Assembly: GCA_034530875.2 (NCBI GenBank)
Contig: JAVRCJ020000003.1
Location: 224,001 to 288,000 of the forward strand
DNA: 64,000 bases
From: Nostoc sp. DedSLP01
Lineage (GTDB): Bacteria > Cyanobacteriota > Cyanobacteriia > Cyanobacteriales > Nostocaceae
Direction of reading: 5' to 3'
Below the pieces are notes generated by a model. It was not told the origin of the DNA, made no database searches, and worked only from the letters and a program-made list of their open reading frames with translations. Shown in pieces: positions 1-10,432 of the stretch. How positions within the stretch are numbered: the stretch's first letter is position 1; the number at the start of each line of letters is the position of its first letter. The translations under genes and the position numbers were made by a program.

Positions 1-1
1 T

Positions 2-595
2 GTAGTACTTTATTCTGGTAACATTGCCTTGACCCAAGGCTTAGAAAGTGTTGTCAAAGCTGCTTCTGTGTTGCGTCACATTAAAGATATTGTTTTTGTC
101 ATCGTTGGAGAGGCAAAAGGTTTACAACGATTGCAACAAGAATGTTTAGACTGCGGCGCCGATAATGTTTTACTATTGCCATTTCAACCCCGCAAAGATT
201 TACCACAAATGTTGGCAGCTGCGGATGTTGGTTTAGTGGTGCAAAAGAAAAATGTTATATCCTTCAATATGCCGTCAAAAATTCAGGTGCTACTTGCTAG
301 TGGACGCGCTTTAGTTGCCTCTGTCCCCGATAATGGTACAGCAGCAAGAGCTATCAGACAAAGTGGCGGCGGAGTTATTGTTCCTCCAGAAGATCCTCAA
401 GCTTTGGCTGCGGCAATTTTAGACTTATATCAAAACCCCGAAAAAGTTAAAACTCTGGGTTATAACAGTCGCCAATATGCCGTTGAGCAGTATTCTTTTG
501 AGCAAGCTTTAACTCAGTATGAGTCTTTGTGTTACTCATTGATTGCAAATCGTGAAGAAATTCACTCAACAATAGTCACCAAACAAGAAGTTTAA
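2..595 (+). CDS. Glycosyltransferase family 4 (WcaI-like), 5' end outside window
   Basis: Frame open from window start (VVLYSGNIALTQG...); GT-B C-terminal motifs MPSKIQVLLASGRALVAS and PPEDPQALAAAI. Confidence 0.85.
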   Translation, partial: VVLYSGNIALTQGLESVVKAASVLRHIKDIVFVIVGEAKGLQRLQQECLDCGADNVLLLPFQPRKDLPQMLAAADVGLVVQKKNVISFNMPSKIQVLLASGRALVASVPDNGTAARAIRQSGGGVIVPPEDPQALAAAILDLYQNPEKVKTLGYNSRQYAVEQYSFEQALTQYESLCYSLIANREEIHSTIVTKQEV

Positions 596-600
596 TCTAT

Positions 601-677
601 AGCATTAGTGTTACATTTAAGACTTCTACTTTCCTTTGAAAAGTCAAAAGCAGTATTTTAATGTAACAATTAATGCT
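601..677. repeat. Long imperfect inverted repeat downstream of the glycosyltransferase
   Basis: agcattagtgttacatt (601-617) pairs with aatgtaacaattaatgct (660-677). Confidence 0.5.
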
Positions 678-721
678 GCAACACAGATAAAACAGTACAT
701 TTCCGAATACTCGCTCTAAAA

Positions 722-758
722 ATCCCACGGCTTGAATAATCAAGTAAAGCCGTGGGAT
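722..758. repeat. Palindromic hairpin (terminator or REP-like)
   Basis: atcccacggctt ... aagccgtgggat, perfect 12-bp stem. Confidence 0.6.
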
Positions 759-1119
759 ACCAATTTTTTAGCCTATACAATTAACAAGAAAGAATAAGTT
801 CTTTTAGCGGGAGAACCCGACTAGCAGACTCACTCAACTTTATAAAAGAGTGGCAAGTCTAAATCCTCCAATGATTATATCTTGTAAAAAACAGCCTCAA
901 GTCTAGTGCTGCAAAGCAAAATTCGTAATTCGTAATACTCACCAAACTCTTAAACCAAGCTAAGTATTTTTAATTAGTCTTGTCAACCTAGCCCGCATAG
1001 ACGCCTGTTTTTTTGTTAGTATTCAAAAAAACCTATTGACACATTTTCCGATCAATTGTTGATTGTTTGTAAGGAAATGTAAACAATTGTTTCAAAAGGA
1101 AGAAAGCACCTGAGGTTTA

Positions 1120-1578
1120 ATGACTGATTATTTCCAAGGAAATTTCCCATTACAATCTGTGCCACTGACAAAGAATGTGGTGAAAAACCCTGCACTAAAA
1201 GATGAAGCAAGCGGAAAATTAGCCGCAACGATCGCTGAGGCGGCATCAGATCGCAAAGCTGGTGATATTTTATTGCTCAGAGTAGCAGACGTATCTTATC
1301 TAGCAGATTACTTTGTGGTGATGACTGGCTATTCTAAGGTACAGGTAAGGGCGATCGCTCAAGCAATTGAAGCAAAAGTCGAAACTGAATTACAACGACT
1401 TCCCTTGAGGACAGAAGGAAAAGCCGAGGGTAATTGGATACTACAAGACTACGGTGAAGTTATCGTTCACATCATGATGCCGAAGGAACGGGAGTTTTAT
1501 AATTTAGAAGCGTTCTGGATTCATGCAGAACGTATTTCCCTTCCAGAATCCGATGAGGGTGGGGGTAAGCCAACATGA
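1120..1578 (+). CDS. rsfS: Ribosome silencing factor (Iojap/RsfS)
   Basis: Motifs [40 protein letters not shown]. Confidence 0.93.
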   Translation: MTDYFQGNFPLQSVPLTKNVVKNPALKDEASGKLAATIAEAASDRKAGDILLLRVADVSYLADYFVVMTGYSKVQVRAIAQAIEAKVETELQRLPLRTEGKAEGNWILQDYGEVIVHIMMPKEREFYNLEAFWIHAERISLPESDEGGGKPT

Positions 1579-2075
1579 TGAGGTCGTCGGTTTCAAATTG
1601 CCCAGTTCCCGCAGACCAACAACCACTGAACGAGTACGAACAGTTAAAAACTTCCTGGCTGTTTCGTGATAGCACTTTAAATTGGCGCGATTATATCACG
1701 AAAATGGTTTGGATTTGGGGTTTATCTTGGTTAGTAGCTGGCCCTGTGGCAGCAGCAAGTTTTCCGCCACAAAAATATATTGCCCATTTTATTCTCTGTG
1801 GTGCAGCAGGGGCAAGTTTAGGCGTACTGCTGGCGGTGGTAAGGTTATATCTAGGCTGGTTTTACGTGGGCGATCGCCTTGGCAGTCCCACAGTATTCTA
1901 TGAAGAGTCAGGCTGGTACGACGGTCAAACCTGGACAAAGCCACAAGAAGTCCTAGATCGCGATCGCTTAATTGTGGCTTATGAAATCAAACCTATTCTA
2001 CGACGGTTGCAATTTACCTTTGCTGGCTTGGCGGGAATGTTCGTTACTGGTACTATAGTTTGGCATTTGTTGTAA
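1575..2075 (+). CDS. CGLD27/Ycf36 family membrane protein (DUF1230)
   Basis: [13 protein letters not shown] and [12 protein letters not shown] motifs; 4-nt overlap with rsfS. Confidence 0.85.
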   Translation: MMRSSVSNCPVPADQQPLNEYEQLKTSWLFRDSTLNWRDYITKMVWIWGLSWLVAGPVAAASFPPQKYIAHFILCGAAGASLGVLLAVVRLYLGWFYVGDRLGSPTVFYEESGWYDGQTWTKPQEVLDRDRLIVAYEIKPILRRLQFTFAGLAGMFVTGTIVWHLL

Positions 2076-2093
2076 ACCGTCATTGGCTAAATA

Positions 2094-2225
2094 GGGCATT
2101 GGGCATTGGGCATTGGGCATTAGTTTTTGGCTAATGACTAATGACTAAGCGCAAAGTCTGAGCGGAGGTTTCCTCCGATCAGAACTTTGTAAGAGATGAC
2201 TAATGACTAATGACTAATGACTAAT
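2094..2225. repeat. STRR heptamer arrays (GGGCATT, ATGACTA) with a hairpin element inserted into the ATGACTA array
   Basis: Tandem gggcatt x4, then taatgac array interrupted by caaagtctgagcggagg-ttt-cctccgatcagaactttg. Confidence 0.85.
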
Positions 2226-2251
2226 AATAAAAAAGTGATAAAAATAAACCC

Positions 2252-3205
2252 ATGACAATGGGAAAACGAACTCAAGCCACAGCACTGGAAGTCAGGTTGC
2301 TGCGTGAAGGTATAGTTGAATCCAAGCATATAGTCCAGGCTGTTGTATGCGACGAACGCGGACGGGTTTTAACCGTCGCTGGGAACTCTGAAACTGCTAC
2401 ATTTGTTCGTTCGGCACTCAAACCATTCCAGGCGCTCGCAGTTACCACTACAGGTACGCTGGAACGCTACGATCTTAGCGATCGCGATTTAGCAATCATC
2501 ACCAGTTCCCATAAAGGAAAAATAGAGCAAGTTCGACAGGTTTTTAACATCCTTTGGCGGGCCGATCTTGACCCCACTGTACTCCAGTGTCCGATTCCTG
2601 AAGGCAAACGCAGTCCTCTGGAATACAATTGCTCTGGTAAACACGCGGGAATGTTAGCTGTTTGTCAGCAACGCCATTGGCCTTTAAATAACTATTTGGA
2701 ACGCAAACACCCAATACAGCAGTTGATTTTGGGTAAAGTAGCAGAATTGCTACGAATGCCGGCAGAGGAATTTATTAGCGCCCATGATGACTGTGGGGCG
2801 CCAACTTATTTGATGCAACTCGGTCAAATGGCTTCTTTATACGCCTTGCTAGCATCTAGTAGCAACTTGGATATGGAGCGTATTGTCCGTGCCATGACTC
2901 ATCACCCAGCTATGGTAGCAGGAGATGGAGAATTTGATACGGAATTAATGCGTTTAACTCCAGGGGAACTGGTGAGCAAATCTGGCGCTGAAGGAGTGCA
3001 ATGCATTGGTAGACTCGGTGAAGGTATGGGATTAGCAATTAAAGTTATGGATGGGGCAAAACGCGCAAAATATGCCGTTGCGATTCACTTACTCCAACAA
3101 ATGGGTTGGATTAGTCCCAGCGCCGCCGAAAGCCTCAGTGAAAAGTTTGTCACCTTAGGAAAATACAAGCGTTTAGAAGTGATTGGAGAATTATCGTTTT
3201 TGTAG
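2252..3205 (+). CDS. L-asparaginase II family protein
   Basis: RSALKPFQ, NCSGKHAGML, DDCGAP and SKSGAEG motifs. Confidence 0.9.
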   Translation: MTMGKRTQATALEVRLLREGIVESKHIVQAVVCDERGRVLTVAGNSETATFVRSALKPFQALAVTTTGTLERYDLSDRDLAIITSSHKGKIEQVRQVFNILWRADLDPTVLQCPIPEGKRSPLEYNCSGKHAGMLAVCQQRHWPLNNYLERKHPIQQLILGKVAELLRMPAEEFISAHDDCGAPTYLMQLGQMASLYALLASSSNLDMERIVRAMTHHPAMVAGDGEFDTELMRLTPGELVSKSGAEGVQCIGRLGEGMGLAIKVMDGAKRAKYAVAIHLLQQMGWISPSAAESLSEKFVTLGKYKRLEVIGELSFL

Positions 3206-3252
3206 TTGCCAAACTCTTGGCTTTAAGTTAGACTAGAAAAGTCAAGAAACGA

Positions 3253-3329
<77 letters not shown>

Positions 3330-3343
3330 AATTAAAGATACAG

Positions 3344-3385
3344 CAAAACTCCTACAATCAGTAAAGATTGAGGAGTTTTGTTTTA
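3344..3385 (+). terminator. Rho-independent terminator after tRNA
   Basis: caaaactcct-acaatc...gattg-aggagttttg followed by tttt. Confidence 0.7.
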
Positions 3386-3433
3386 TTTCGATCTATTCTG
3401 GAAGAAATAGCCATCCAAAAAGCGTGGTGAGTC

Positions 3434-4891
3434 ATGGTTGTGAAGTTGCAGCGACCAATTTTAGTAGGAGGATTGGGACTGTCCTTTTCTCTGTGGATGT
3501 TACAAAGTTGGCAGGATTCTATAGTGCAGGTGGGTGAGTTCGGTTTATTGAGTGCCTTGGCTGTTGGTGGTGGTTTGTGGTTATTCCAAAAAAATCGCCC
3601 AAAAGACCGCTTGGAACAGCTAGATATTATGCTTGTAGATCGGACGACTGTGGAAAGTGCGATCGCTAAAGCTGAAGGCGTAATTAACCAACTGGCACAA
3701 GAAGCAGAAAACCATCAAGCATTAGGGACACTCAGAGAACAAGTTGCCCAATTGTGGTTTGAATTAGATAGGCAAGAAATTAAAGTCGCTGTGACTGGTG
3801 GAAAATCCGTCGGTAAAAGCAGTTTAATTGAAGTCTTAGAGCAAAATTTAGAGGCAAAAAATTTCGTGTCTCTACAAGAGACAGCACCTTTGTTTAGAGA
3901 AGCGGGTGAAAATTCAGATGCGGCTGTTTTAGCTGAAGTGGCAAAATCTGATTTTGTACTGTTCTTGACAAATGGTGATTTGACAGACACAGAATTTCAA
4001 ACTTTACAGCAGTTAAAAGCAGCGAATCAGCCGACAATGCTGGTTTTTAACAAACAAGACCAGTATTTAGCCGATGAACGTGCTAGCGTTATGCTGTCAT
4101 TAAAACAGCGGATGCCAGGGAATGTAGTTGCAACTGCGGCCTCTCCCATCCCTGTAAAAGTCCGAAAGCATGAGGCTGACGGTTCTGTGCAAGAGTGGAT
4201 GGAACAGCTAGCACCAGATATTCAGCAGTTAAGCCAGCAGTTTGGTGAAATTTTGGCACAGCAAAAACAACGGCTAGTTTGGCTAACTACCGTCAGAAAA
4301 GCCGGGGTGTTGAAAGCTGAAGCGAAAAACTGGCTCAATGGTATCAGATGCGGTCGCGCTACTCCAATTATCGAACAATATCAGTGGATAGCTGCTGCTG
4401 CCGCCTTTGCTAACCCAGTACCAGCCTTTGATATTCTGGCAACTGCGGCCATTAACGCTCAGATGGTAATGGATTTGGGTAATATTTATCAGCAGAAATT
4501 TTCCCTAGAACAAGCACAAACTGTCGCTGGAACAATGGGAAGTTTGATGTTAAAACTTGGTTTAGTCGAACTTTCTACCAAGGCTGTTAGTACTGTTCTT
4601 AAAAGTAATGCCGTTACCTTTGTTGCTGGTGGCTTGGTGCAGGGAGTAAGCGCAGCTTATTTGACTAGAGTTGCAGGATTGAGTTTAGTTGAATATTTCC
4701 AACAGCAAGAAGTAGCAGTAGATTCTGGAAATAATTTGAATTTGGAGAAGTTGCGGCAAACTTTGCAAAAGGTGTTTGGACAAAATCAACAAATTGCCTT
4801 TTTGCAAGGGTTTGTAAAGCAAGGTATGAAGCGTTTATTGCCAGAAGCGCAGCAGATTGAACTAGGTGGCGTTCAGAAGGCAGTGGGATAG
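3434..4891 (+). CDS. DUF697-containing GTPase-like membrane protein (YcjF-like)
   Basis: N-terminal TM segments, P-loop GGKSVGKS, NKQD G4 motif, C-terminal NPVPAFDILATAAINAQM. Confidence 0.8.
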   Translation: MVVKLQRPILVGGLGLSFSLWMLQSWQDSIVQVGEFGLLSALAVGGGLWLFQKNRPKDRLEQLDIMLVDRTTVESAIAKAEGVINQLAQEAENHQALGTLREQVAQLWFELDRQEIKVAVTGGKSVGKSSLIEVLEQNLEAKNFVSLQETAPLFREAGENSDAAVLAEVAKSDFVLFLTNGDLTDTEFQTLQQLKAANQPTMLVFNKQDQYLADERASVMLSLKQRMPGNVVATAASPIPVKVRKHEADGSVQEWMEQLAPDIQQLSQQFGEILAQQKQRLVWLTTVRKAGVLKAEAKNWLNGIRCGRATPIIEQYQWIAAAAAFANPVPAFDILATAAINAQMVMDLGNIYQQKFSLEQAQTVAGTMGSLMLKLGLVELSTKAVSTVLKSNAVTFVAGGLVQGVSAAYLTRVAGLSLVEYFQQQEVAVDSGNNLNLEKLRQTLQKVFGQNQQIAFLQGFVKQGMKRLLPEAQQIELGGVQKAVG

Positions 4892-4921
4892 TCTCACCCA
4901 TAGAATGGCTGATAAACCTAA

Positions 4922-4958
4922 AAATATACCCAAGCCCATTTTGAGCTTGGGTATATTT
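4922..4958. terminator. Bidirectional terminator between convergent genes
   Basis: aaatatacccaagc ... gcttgggtatattt, 14-bp stem. Confidence 0.75.
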
Positions 4959-5013
4959 AATCGTTATCGTTAGAGTTGCGAGTTAACAAAAAATTGTGAA
5001 TAAGATTAGTTAG

Positions 5014-6063
5014 CTAAACAGCACCACTGTTTTTATGAAACAGGATGGTTATAGTTTTAAAAATTAGCTTTAAATCGTACACCAAACTCCAATTTTTTTG
5101 ATACTGCAAATCTAGGCTAATTACGTCTTCAAAACTACGGACTGTAGACCGACCGTTTACTTGCCATTCGCCAGTCATGCCGGGTTTGACATCTAAACGT
5201 TGCCACTCTGGTACTTCATAGCGTTCCACTTCATCAGGTGTGGGTGGTCTGGTGCCGACTAAACTCATTTCTCCTTTCAGAACGTTCCAAAATTGGGGTA
5301 GTTCGTCGAGACTAGTTCGCCGTAAAAAACGGCCTACCTTGGTAATTCTGGGGTCATTTTCATTTTTGAAAAAAGCGCCTTGAACTTGGTTTTTGACTTC
5401 GGATTTCTTGGCTTCGGCATCCACGCACATAGAACGGAATTTCCAAATTTTAAACCGTTTTCCCATCCAACCACAGCGGGTTTGACTAAAGAAAATCGGC
5501 CCGGGATCGTTAATTTCAATAGCGATCGCAATGGGAATAAACAAAATTCCTGTAATTAATAACCCTACCATTGACCCGATAATATCTAATAACCTTTTCA
5601 TCCAAGATGCTACAGAAGGATGAGTCGTAGGTAACTGCTCTACTTTACGAGAAGTTGTCTTGCGATTATCTATTACCTCTTGTTGTTCTATTTGCGGGCT
5701 GTTATCTAAAGACTCTAGGGGGAAAACTTGATCCAATCCCGTGAGTTTTAGAACTGCCATTACCTGAGGTGTTACATTCCGCAGTATTAATGTAATCCCT
5801 TGAGCCTGGGCATATTTATAATTACTGACCAAAGCACCTAAACCACTACTATCCATAAAAGTAGTTTGGTGAAAGTCAATGATAATTTGCTTAGGATAAA
5901 AATTCGGTTGGATTAAGCCTTGGCAAGCTTGCTTAAAGCCTAAAGCCTCCAGCACGCTCAACCGTGTAGGCACTTGTAATATAACCGTGTCGTTTAGGGA
6001 ATGAACTGGAAAATCGACCTCTGTCGGTTGGCTAGTCATGAAGCTCTGCACTTTCGTTGCCAT
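5014..6063 (-). CDS. STAS (anti-anti-sigma) domain fused to bacterial sugar transferase (priming glycosyl-1-phosphate transferase)
   Basis: N-terminal [15 protein letters not shown] motif; C-terminal [38 protein letters not shown]. Confidence 0.9.
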   Translation of the reverse strand: MATKVQSFMTSQPTEVDFPVHSLNDTVILQVPTRLSVLEALGFKQACQGLIQPNFYPKQIIIDFHQTTFMDSSGLGALVSNYKYAQAQGITLILRNVTPQVMAVLKLTGLDQVFPLESLDNSPQIEQQEVIDNRKTTSRKVEQLPTTHPSVASWMKRLLDIIGSMVGLLITGILFIPIAIAIEINDPGPIFFSQTRCGWMGKRFKIWKFRSMCVDAEAKKSEVKNQVQGAFFKNENDPRITKVGRFLRRTSLDELPQFWNVLKGEMSLVGTRPPTPDEVERYEVPEWQRLDVKPGMTGEWQVNGRSTVRSFEDVISLDLQYQKNWSLVYDLKLIFKTITILFHKNSGAV

Positions 6064-6244
6064 GTATAATGTAATCTGCCAAACGTTATTTTGTCCTAGA
6101 AAATTACTTAACTGTAATCAGGACTAATTGGTATTTGCTGTTTCTGAGACTGGAAATCGCCAGCGACGATTCACAATAGAACAAGAAAGCAAAAAATATT
6201 CTTGTTGTTGTGGCGACGCAGCGCGATCGCGTTGCTGGGATCAA

Positions 6245-7042
6245 ATGATTGCTAAAACTACGGTTACGTCTAGCGCACGCCTGATTGAGGTCTTCTCTGC
6301 CATTCAAGGGGAAGGACTGAATGTAGGGACGCGTCAAATTTTTATTCGCTTTGCTTTGTGTGATTTGCGCTGCCACTTTTGTGATAGCGCCCACACTTGG
6401 AATGCACCTGTTAGTTGCCGGATAGAGCGATCGCCTGGATTGCGCGACTTTGAAATTCACTCTAATCCTGTTCCATTACCCATATTAATCGAATGGGTTC
6501 AAAGGCAAAATTTACCTTCTCTACACGATAGCATTAGCTTAACTGGGGGCGAACCACTTCTTCATGCCCAATTTTTAACGGAGTTTCTACCCCAAGTCCG
6601 AGCCATAACTGGTTTACCTATATACTTAGAAACTGGTGGACACCGGCCAGAACAACTGGCGATGATTCTCCCCTACTTAGATTCCGTAGGCATGGATTTC
6701 AAGCTGCCCAGTGTTAGCGGCGAAAGTCGTTGGGAAGAACATGCTAAATTTCTCCAATTATGTCAGGATTCATATTTAAATGTTTTTGTCAAGATAATTG
6801 TGTCTCAAAACACAGATCCTGCCGAGTTGGAACGTTCAGCTTCGCTGGTGGCACATGTAAGTCCTGGCATACCAGTATTTTTACAACCTGTTACGCCTTT
6901 AATTGAGTCCGAAAAATTGTCTGCAATACCTATACTTGCCCCAACACCCGATCGAGTTTTGCTGTGGCAAGCTTTGATGAAACAGTCTCTCAAGGATGTG
7001 CGGGTAATCCCCCAGACACATAAAATGCTCAACCAACTGTAA
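6245..7042 (+). CDS. queE: 7-carboxy-7-deazaguanine synthase (radical SAM)
   Basis: EVFSAIQGEG, CDLRCHFCD (CxxxCxxC), SLTGGEPL, PQTHK; ATG at 6245 preferred over TTG at 6128. Confidence 0.88.
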   Translation: MIAKTTVTSSARLIEVFSAIQGEGLNVGTRQIFIRFALCDLRCHFCDSAHTWNAPVSCRIERSPGLRDFEIHSNPVPLPILIEWVQRQNLPSLHDSISLTGGEPLLHAQFLTEFLPQVRAITGLPIYLETGGHRPEQLAMILPYLDSVGMDFKLPSVSGESRWEEHAKFLQLCQDSYLNVFVKIIVSQNTDPAELERSASLVAHVSPGIPVFLQPVTPLIESEKLSAIPILAPTPDRVLLWQALMKQSLKDVRVIPQTHKMLNQL

Positions 7043-7363
7043 AATTTGCTGCCAAACTTAAGTACTACTAAAGATATGGTGAAGGAAAAAATAAGTTTAG
7101 ATAAAATTTGGTTCGCAAAACAAATATATTAATTTTTATTAAGTTGTTGAACCTAGCGTTTTCTAGGGAGTTTTATCGTTTGACTGAATGTCGAGGAGTC
7201 AAAATTTTTAGGGAACTGCAAAAAATAAATTATCCCAATTTTTGGGTTTAAGACTGCTCTCCTCCCCTCTGCTCCCCGATCCCCTACTTTTAGCACAATG
7301 GGATTTTTTGAGTTAGAAGTTCTTTAGGGGTGGGTAACGCCCACCCAGCCTACTTTCTGATTG

Positions 7364-8008
7364 CTACAGTGCGCCTTCATCCATAGTTTTGGATTTAGCT
7401 TTTGCTTTATTGGCACTGCGTTTGAGAGCAGACAGTCTTGCTTCGTATTTCGAGCGTTGACGCTTGCTAGGAGTGTTATCAATCAGGGTTTTTAAGGCGC
7501 TACCAAGGCTTTTGTAGGCATTGGGGAGGGTATAGCCAAAACGAGTTGCTAAGGCGATCGCTTTTTCATCAGCATTGAGCAGTTCTTTGAGTTGCTTTTC
7601 CCCATTATTTTTTTGATACAATCGCCAGCCTGACACGCCGCACAGCGCTAAAGCTAACACCAAAAGCAATCCATCTTGTACCCACAATTCACCGACAGCA
7701 CCACCTAAACCGATGGCTAGTGCTGCCATTTCCCAGCCATCTTTGGGAATCGTGTCGTTTTGAATGCGAGCAACTTCATGCCAGAACAGCAGATTACGCT
7801 GATCCATTGCTAGGGTATCCCATTTCACCAAGTCAATTTGAATTTCTACTTGGTCTTTACCAATTTCTTCGCAGCGGATCAGGGGTGGATTAACCTCAGT
7901 GGTGCCTTCTACCGTGACCCAACTCTGCAATTCTGGCGGTAGTAAGCCTTTCAACCGCCGGAGTTCGCTCATTTCCGCTTTAGCAGAGGAGGTTGCATAG
8001 GATGTCAT
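7364..8008 (-). CDS. DUF3318 family conserved cyanobacterial membrane protein
   Basis: ELRRLKGLLPPEL, RNLLFWHEVARIQ, two TM helices. Confidence 0.75.
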   Translation of the reverse strand: MTSYATSSAKAEMSELRRLKGLLPPELQSWVTVEGTTEVNPPLIRCEEIGKDQVEIQIDLVKWDTLAMDQRNLLFWHEVARIQNDTIPKDGWEMAALAIGLGGAVGELWVQDGLLLVLALALCGVSGWRLYQKNNGEKQLKELLNADEKAIALATRFGYTLPNAYKSLGSALKTLIDNTPSKRQRSKYEARLSALKRSANKAKAKSKTMDEGAL

Positions 8009-8085
8009 AATATCCAGCCCCAGAAAATTTCAGTATATAGTGAGGGTATCACTTTGGAGTATAGCTATTTCAGTGCCAATCCGTC

Positions 8086-8643
8086 TCACTCGTTAGGAAA
8101 ACTTCCTCGTTTTTTTCGTGCTTCCATTGCTTTTTCGAGTAAATCGAGCAATCCTGGAGCTTCTTCTTGGATACTGAGTAGTAGTCTTTCTCCCAGTTCT
8201 ATATTTCCCGGATCGATACCTGTTGCCATAACTTCTTTCAGGCGAGGGATCGCTATGCCATCGACAATCTGAATTAATCCACTCAAACAACGGTGAAATT
8301 GCTTTTCTGTAAGAATTGAGTCTTCCAGAGGGAATTCAATAATGGCACGGATTTCGCCATCGGATGGGTCATATTCCCATTGCAACATTTTGGTTTCCCA
8401 GGAAATAGCAAGCATTGTCTGTAGGATAGCTCCCTTGTGAGGATGGTCTTGAATTCCTGTGAGAACTTGAGGGGCAAATACCCGAAAAAATTTTCCGTCT
8501 TCATCCAACTGAACAACTATTAGAAAATCTTCTAAGTTATCAGCTTCTACGCCTGTTATAATGCGGTCTTCTTCATCATCAAAACGGTAGTCCCAACCAA
8601 GATTATCTAAGTAATTGGCAATTTGTTTGAGGTTAGCTCCCAT
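8086..8643 (-). CDS. Conserved hypothetical protein (YbjN/T3SS-chaperone-like fold)
   Basis: 185-aa acidic ORF with ISWETKMLQWEYDPSDGEIRA. Confidence 0.65.
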   Translation of the reverse strand: MGANLKQIANYLDNLGWDYRFDDEEDRIITGVEADNLEDFLIVVQLDEDGKFFRVFAPQVLTGIQDHPHKGAILQTMLAISWETKMLQWEYDPSDGEIRAIIEFPLEDSILTEKQFHRCLSGLIQIVDGIAIPRLKEVMATGIDPGNIELGERLLLSIQEEAPGLLDLLEKAMEARKKRGSFPNE

Positions 8644-8949
8644 AAAAGCCTCATCAGGAATGGTGGAGCAGCTGTTACCAGACCTAGTTTAACCTGCGAG
8701 TGGTAGTTGTTTGAGTTAGTGTGGCTACTTCTGGATGAATTGGGTATGGGGGATAGGGCATGGGGCATTGGAGATAGTAAAAATAGGTTTTCATGCTGAG
8801 ATATGTCTATTATTTTCTGAGGTCTTTTGTTGATTATTAAAGGATGTATTAATTTATTAATTACAAATTTTACACAATAAAAATATAGAATTAGTATCGC
8901 TAAAAATTTAATTTTATCTTACAGGTTTGATAACAGATTACTATTAAGT

Positions 8950-9520
8950 ATGCTGACAAATCGCACTCGTTTGGATACTATTAAAAGTCGCAGTCAGTTA
9001 ATTTGCGGAGTTAGTGGTGAAATTCCAGGGTTCAGCTTTGTGGGAACTGATGGAAATACAGCAGTATTGATGTAGATATTTGTAGGGCGATCGCAGGAAT
9101 TTTTCTTACCACAATTGTCGGTGTTACTGTTGGAATTGCCCGACTTTTAGACAACTGGCTGGTACAAAATATCGCTATGGTTTATGTAGAGATTTTTCGG
9201 AATACTCCGTTGCTGCTGCAATTGTTATTTTGGTACTCTGCTGTTTTTCTCAGCTTGCCAAAAACAGAAAATAAAATATCCCTTTGGGGTTTTATTAGCT
9301 TGAGTCAAAGTGGTTTAGAACTGCCTTGGTTTGCTCTATCATCAGAGTTTTCAGCTTTATCATTGGGATTAACTTTTTACACGGGTGCGTTTATTGCCGA
9401 AATTGTCCGAGGTGCGATTGAGTCAGTACCTCGGGGACAATGGGAAGCGAGGCGATCGCTAGGCTTAAAATCAGGGTTGGTGATGCGCTTGGTGATTTTG
9501 CCTCAAGCTTTGCGTGCCCT
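8950..9520 (+). pseudogene. Decayed polar amino-acid ABC transporter: 5' part of the substrate-binding gene fused to an internal part of the permease gene (NatF/NatG, AapJ/AapQ-like)
   Basis: RLDTIKSRSQLICGVSGEIPGFSF, frameshift near 9055, YSSIDVDICRAIA, then GIFLTTIVG...EIFRNTPLLLQL...AEIVRGAIESVPRGQWEA...LVILPQALR; last TM region missing. Confidence 0.85.
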
Positions 9521-9533
9521 TTGCGTTTCACTT

Positions 9534-10328
9534 CTAACTCTTTTGTCCGACAACTTCACACCAAGCTTGAGCAAAAAATGCATCTGGATGCTGACTCCAT
9601 TCTCGCAAAGCATGGCTCATTGCTGTTAGCGACAGATCATCAGTCCAACCTTTCTCTACAGCTTTATCCACCTTTGCAGAAGCCTCAATTCGCAGCGCCA
9701 AATATTCTGTAATTTCACTCAACGGCTCATAACATTGATAAGAAGCCGAAGCGTTGATATTAGTAAACCCACTTTGGCGCAACAGGGCACGTAACTCTCT
9801 ACCCACTTCAGGATTACCAGAATTTTGCTGCTGGAGCCACTTGTAATAAGAAAATACTTTTTCCAATTGTGGTGTAGACGGCGCAATCAAAAACCCGCCC
9901 CAGTCAGGACTACGAAGCCCAACAATTCCCCCTGGTTTCAAAACTCGCCACAGTTCCCGTAACGCCTGTATCGGTTCTTGAAGATGTTCAAACAGCGCAT
10001 GGGAGAAAATCCCATCAAATGAGTTGCTTGAGAAGGGTAAAGCATAAATATTCCCCTCCAAAAACTTAGCATTACTGACACCTTGAGCGAAAGCACTCTC
10101 AGCAGCTATCTGAATTTGAGAAACTTCGCGATCGATACCGGTAAGCATACCAGGGAAAATTGCTCTTGCTAAACCTAAAGCGATCGCCCCAGGACCGCAA
10201 CCGCAATCTAGTAAATTCATCCCTGGACGTAAATAAGGCTTAAAAAATGCGCCATGAGTATCCAAACTGCGTTTTGCCATGAAATTCGTCGCATTACTCG
10301 AATAGCCTGGAGTATACTTTTCCTGCAT
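9534..10328 (-). CDS. Class I SAM-dependent methyltransferase (UbiE/Methyltransf_31-like)
   Basis: LLDCGCGPG, LPFSSNSFD, RVLKPGG; ATG at 10328 with GGGAG RBS. Confidence 0.88.
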   Translation of the reverse strand: MQEKYTPGYSSNATNFMAKRSLDTHGAFFKPYLRPGMNLLDCGCGPGAIALGLARAIFPGMLTGIDREVSQIQIAAESAFAQGVSNAKFLEGNIYALPFSSNSFDGIFSHALFEHLQEPIQALRELWRVLKPGGIVGLRSPDWGGFLIAPSTPQLEKVFSYYKWLQQQNSGNPEVGRELRALLRQSGFTNINASASYQCYEPLSEITEYLALRIEASAKVDKAVEKGWTDDLSLTAMSHALREWSQHPDAFFAQAWCEVVGQKS

Positions 10329-10432
10329 TGCTCTGACTCCCTGCACTGTTTGTATGAGTATCATACGCAGGTGATTTTCAGATGTCCAATATATATTTAG
10401 ATAAAATTGAGACTTATAAAATATCAAAAAAA

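Noticed and set aside
9177..9629. Intact 150-aa ABC permease as listed in the ORF track
   Set aside because: Homology begins upstream of the ATG and ends at ~9518; the tail is antisense read-through into the methyltransferase gene.
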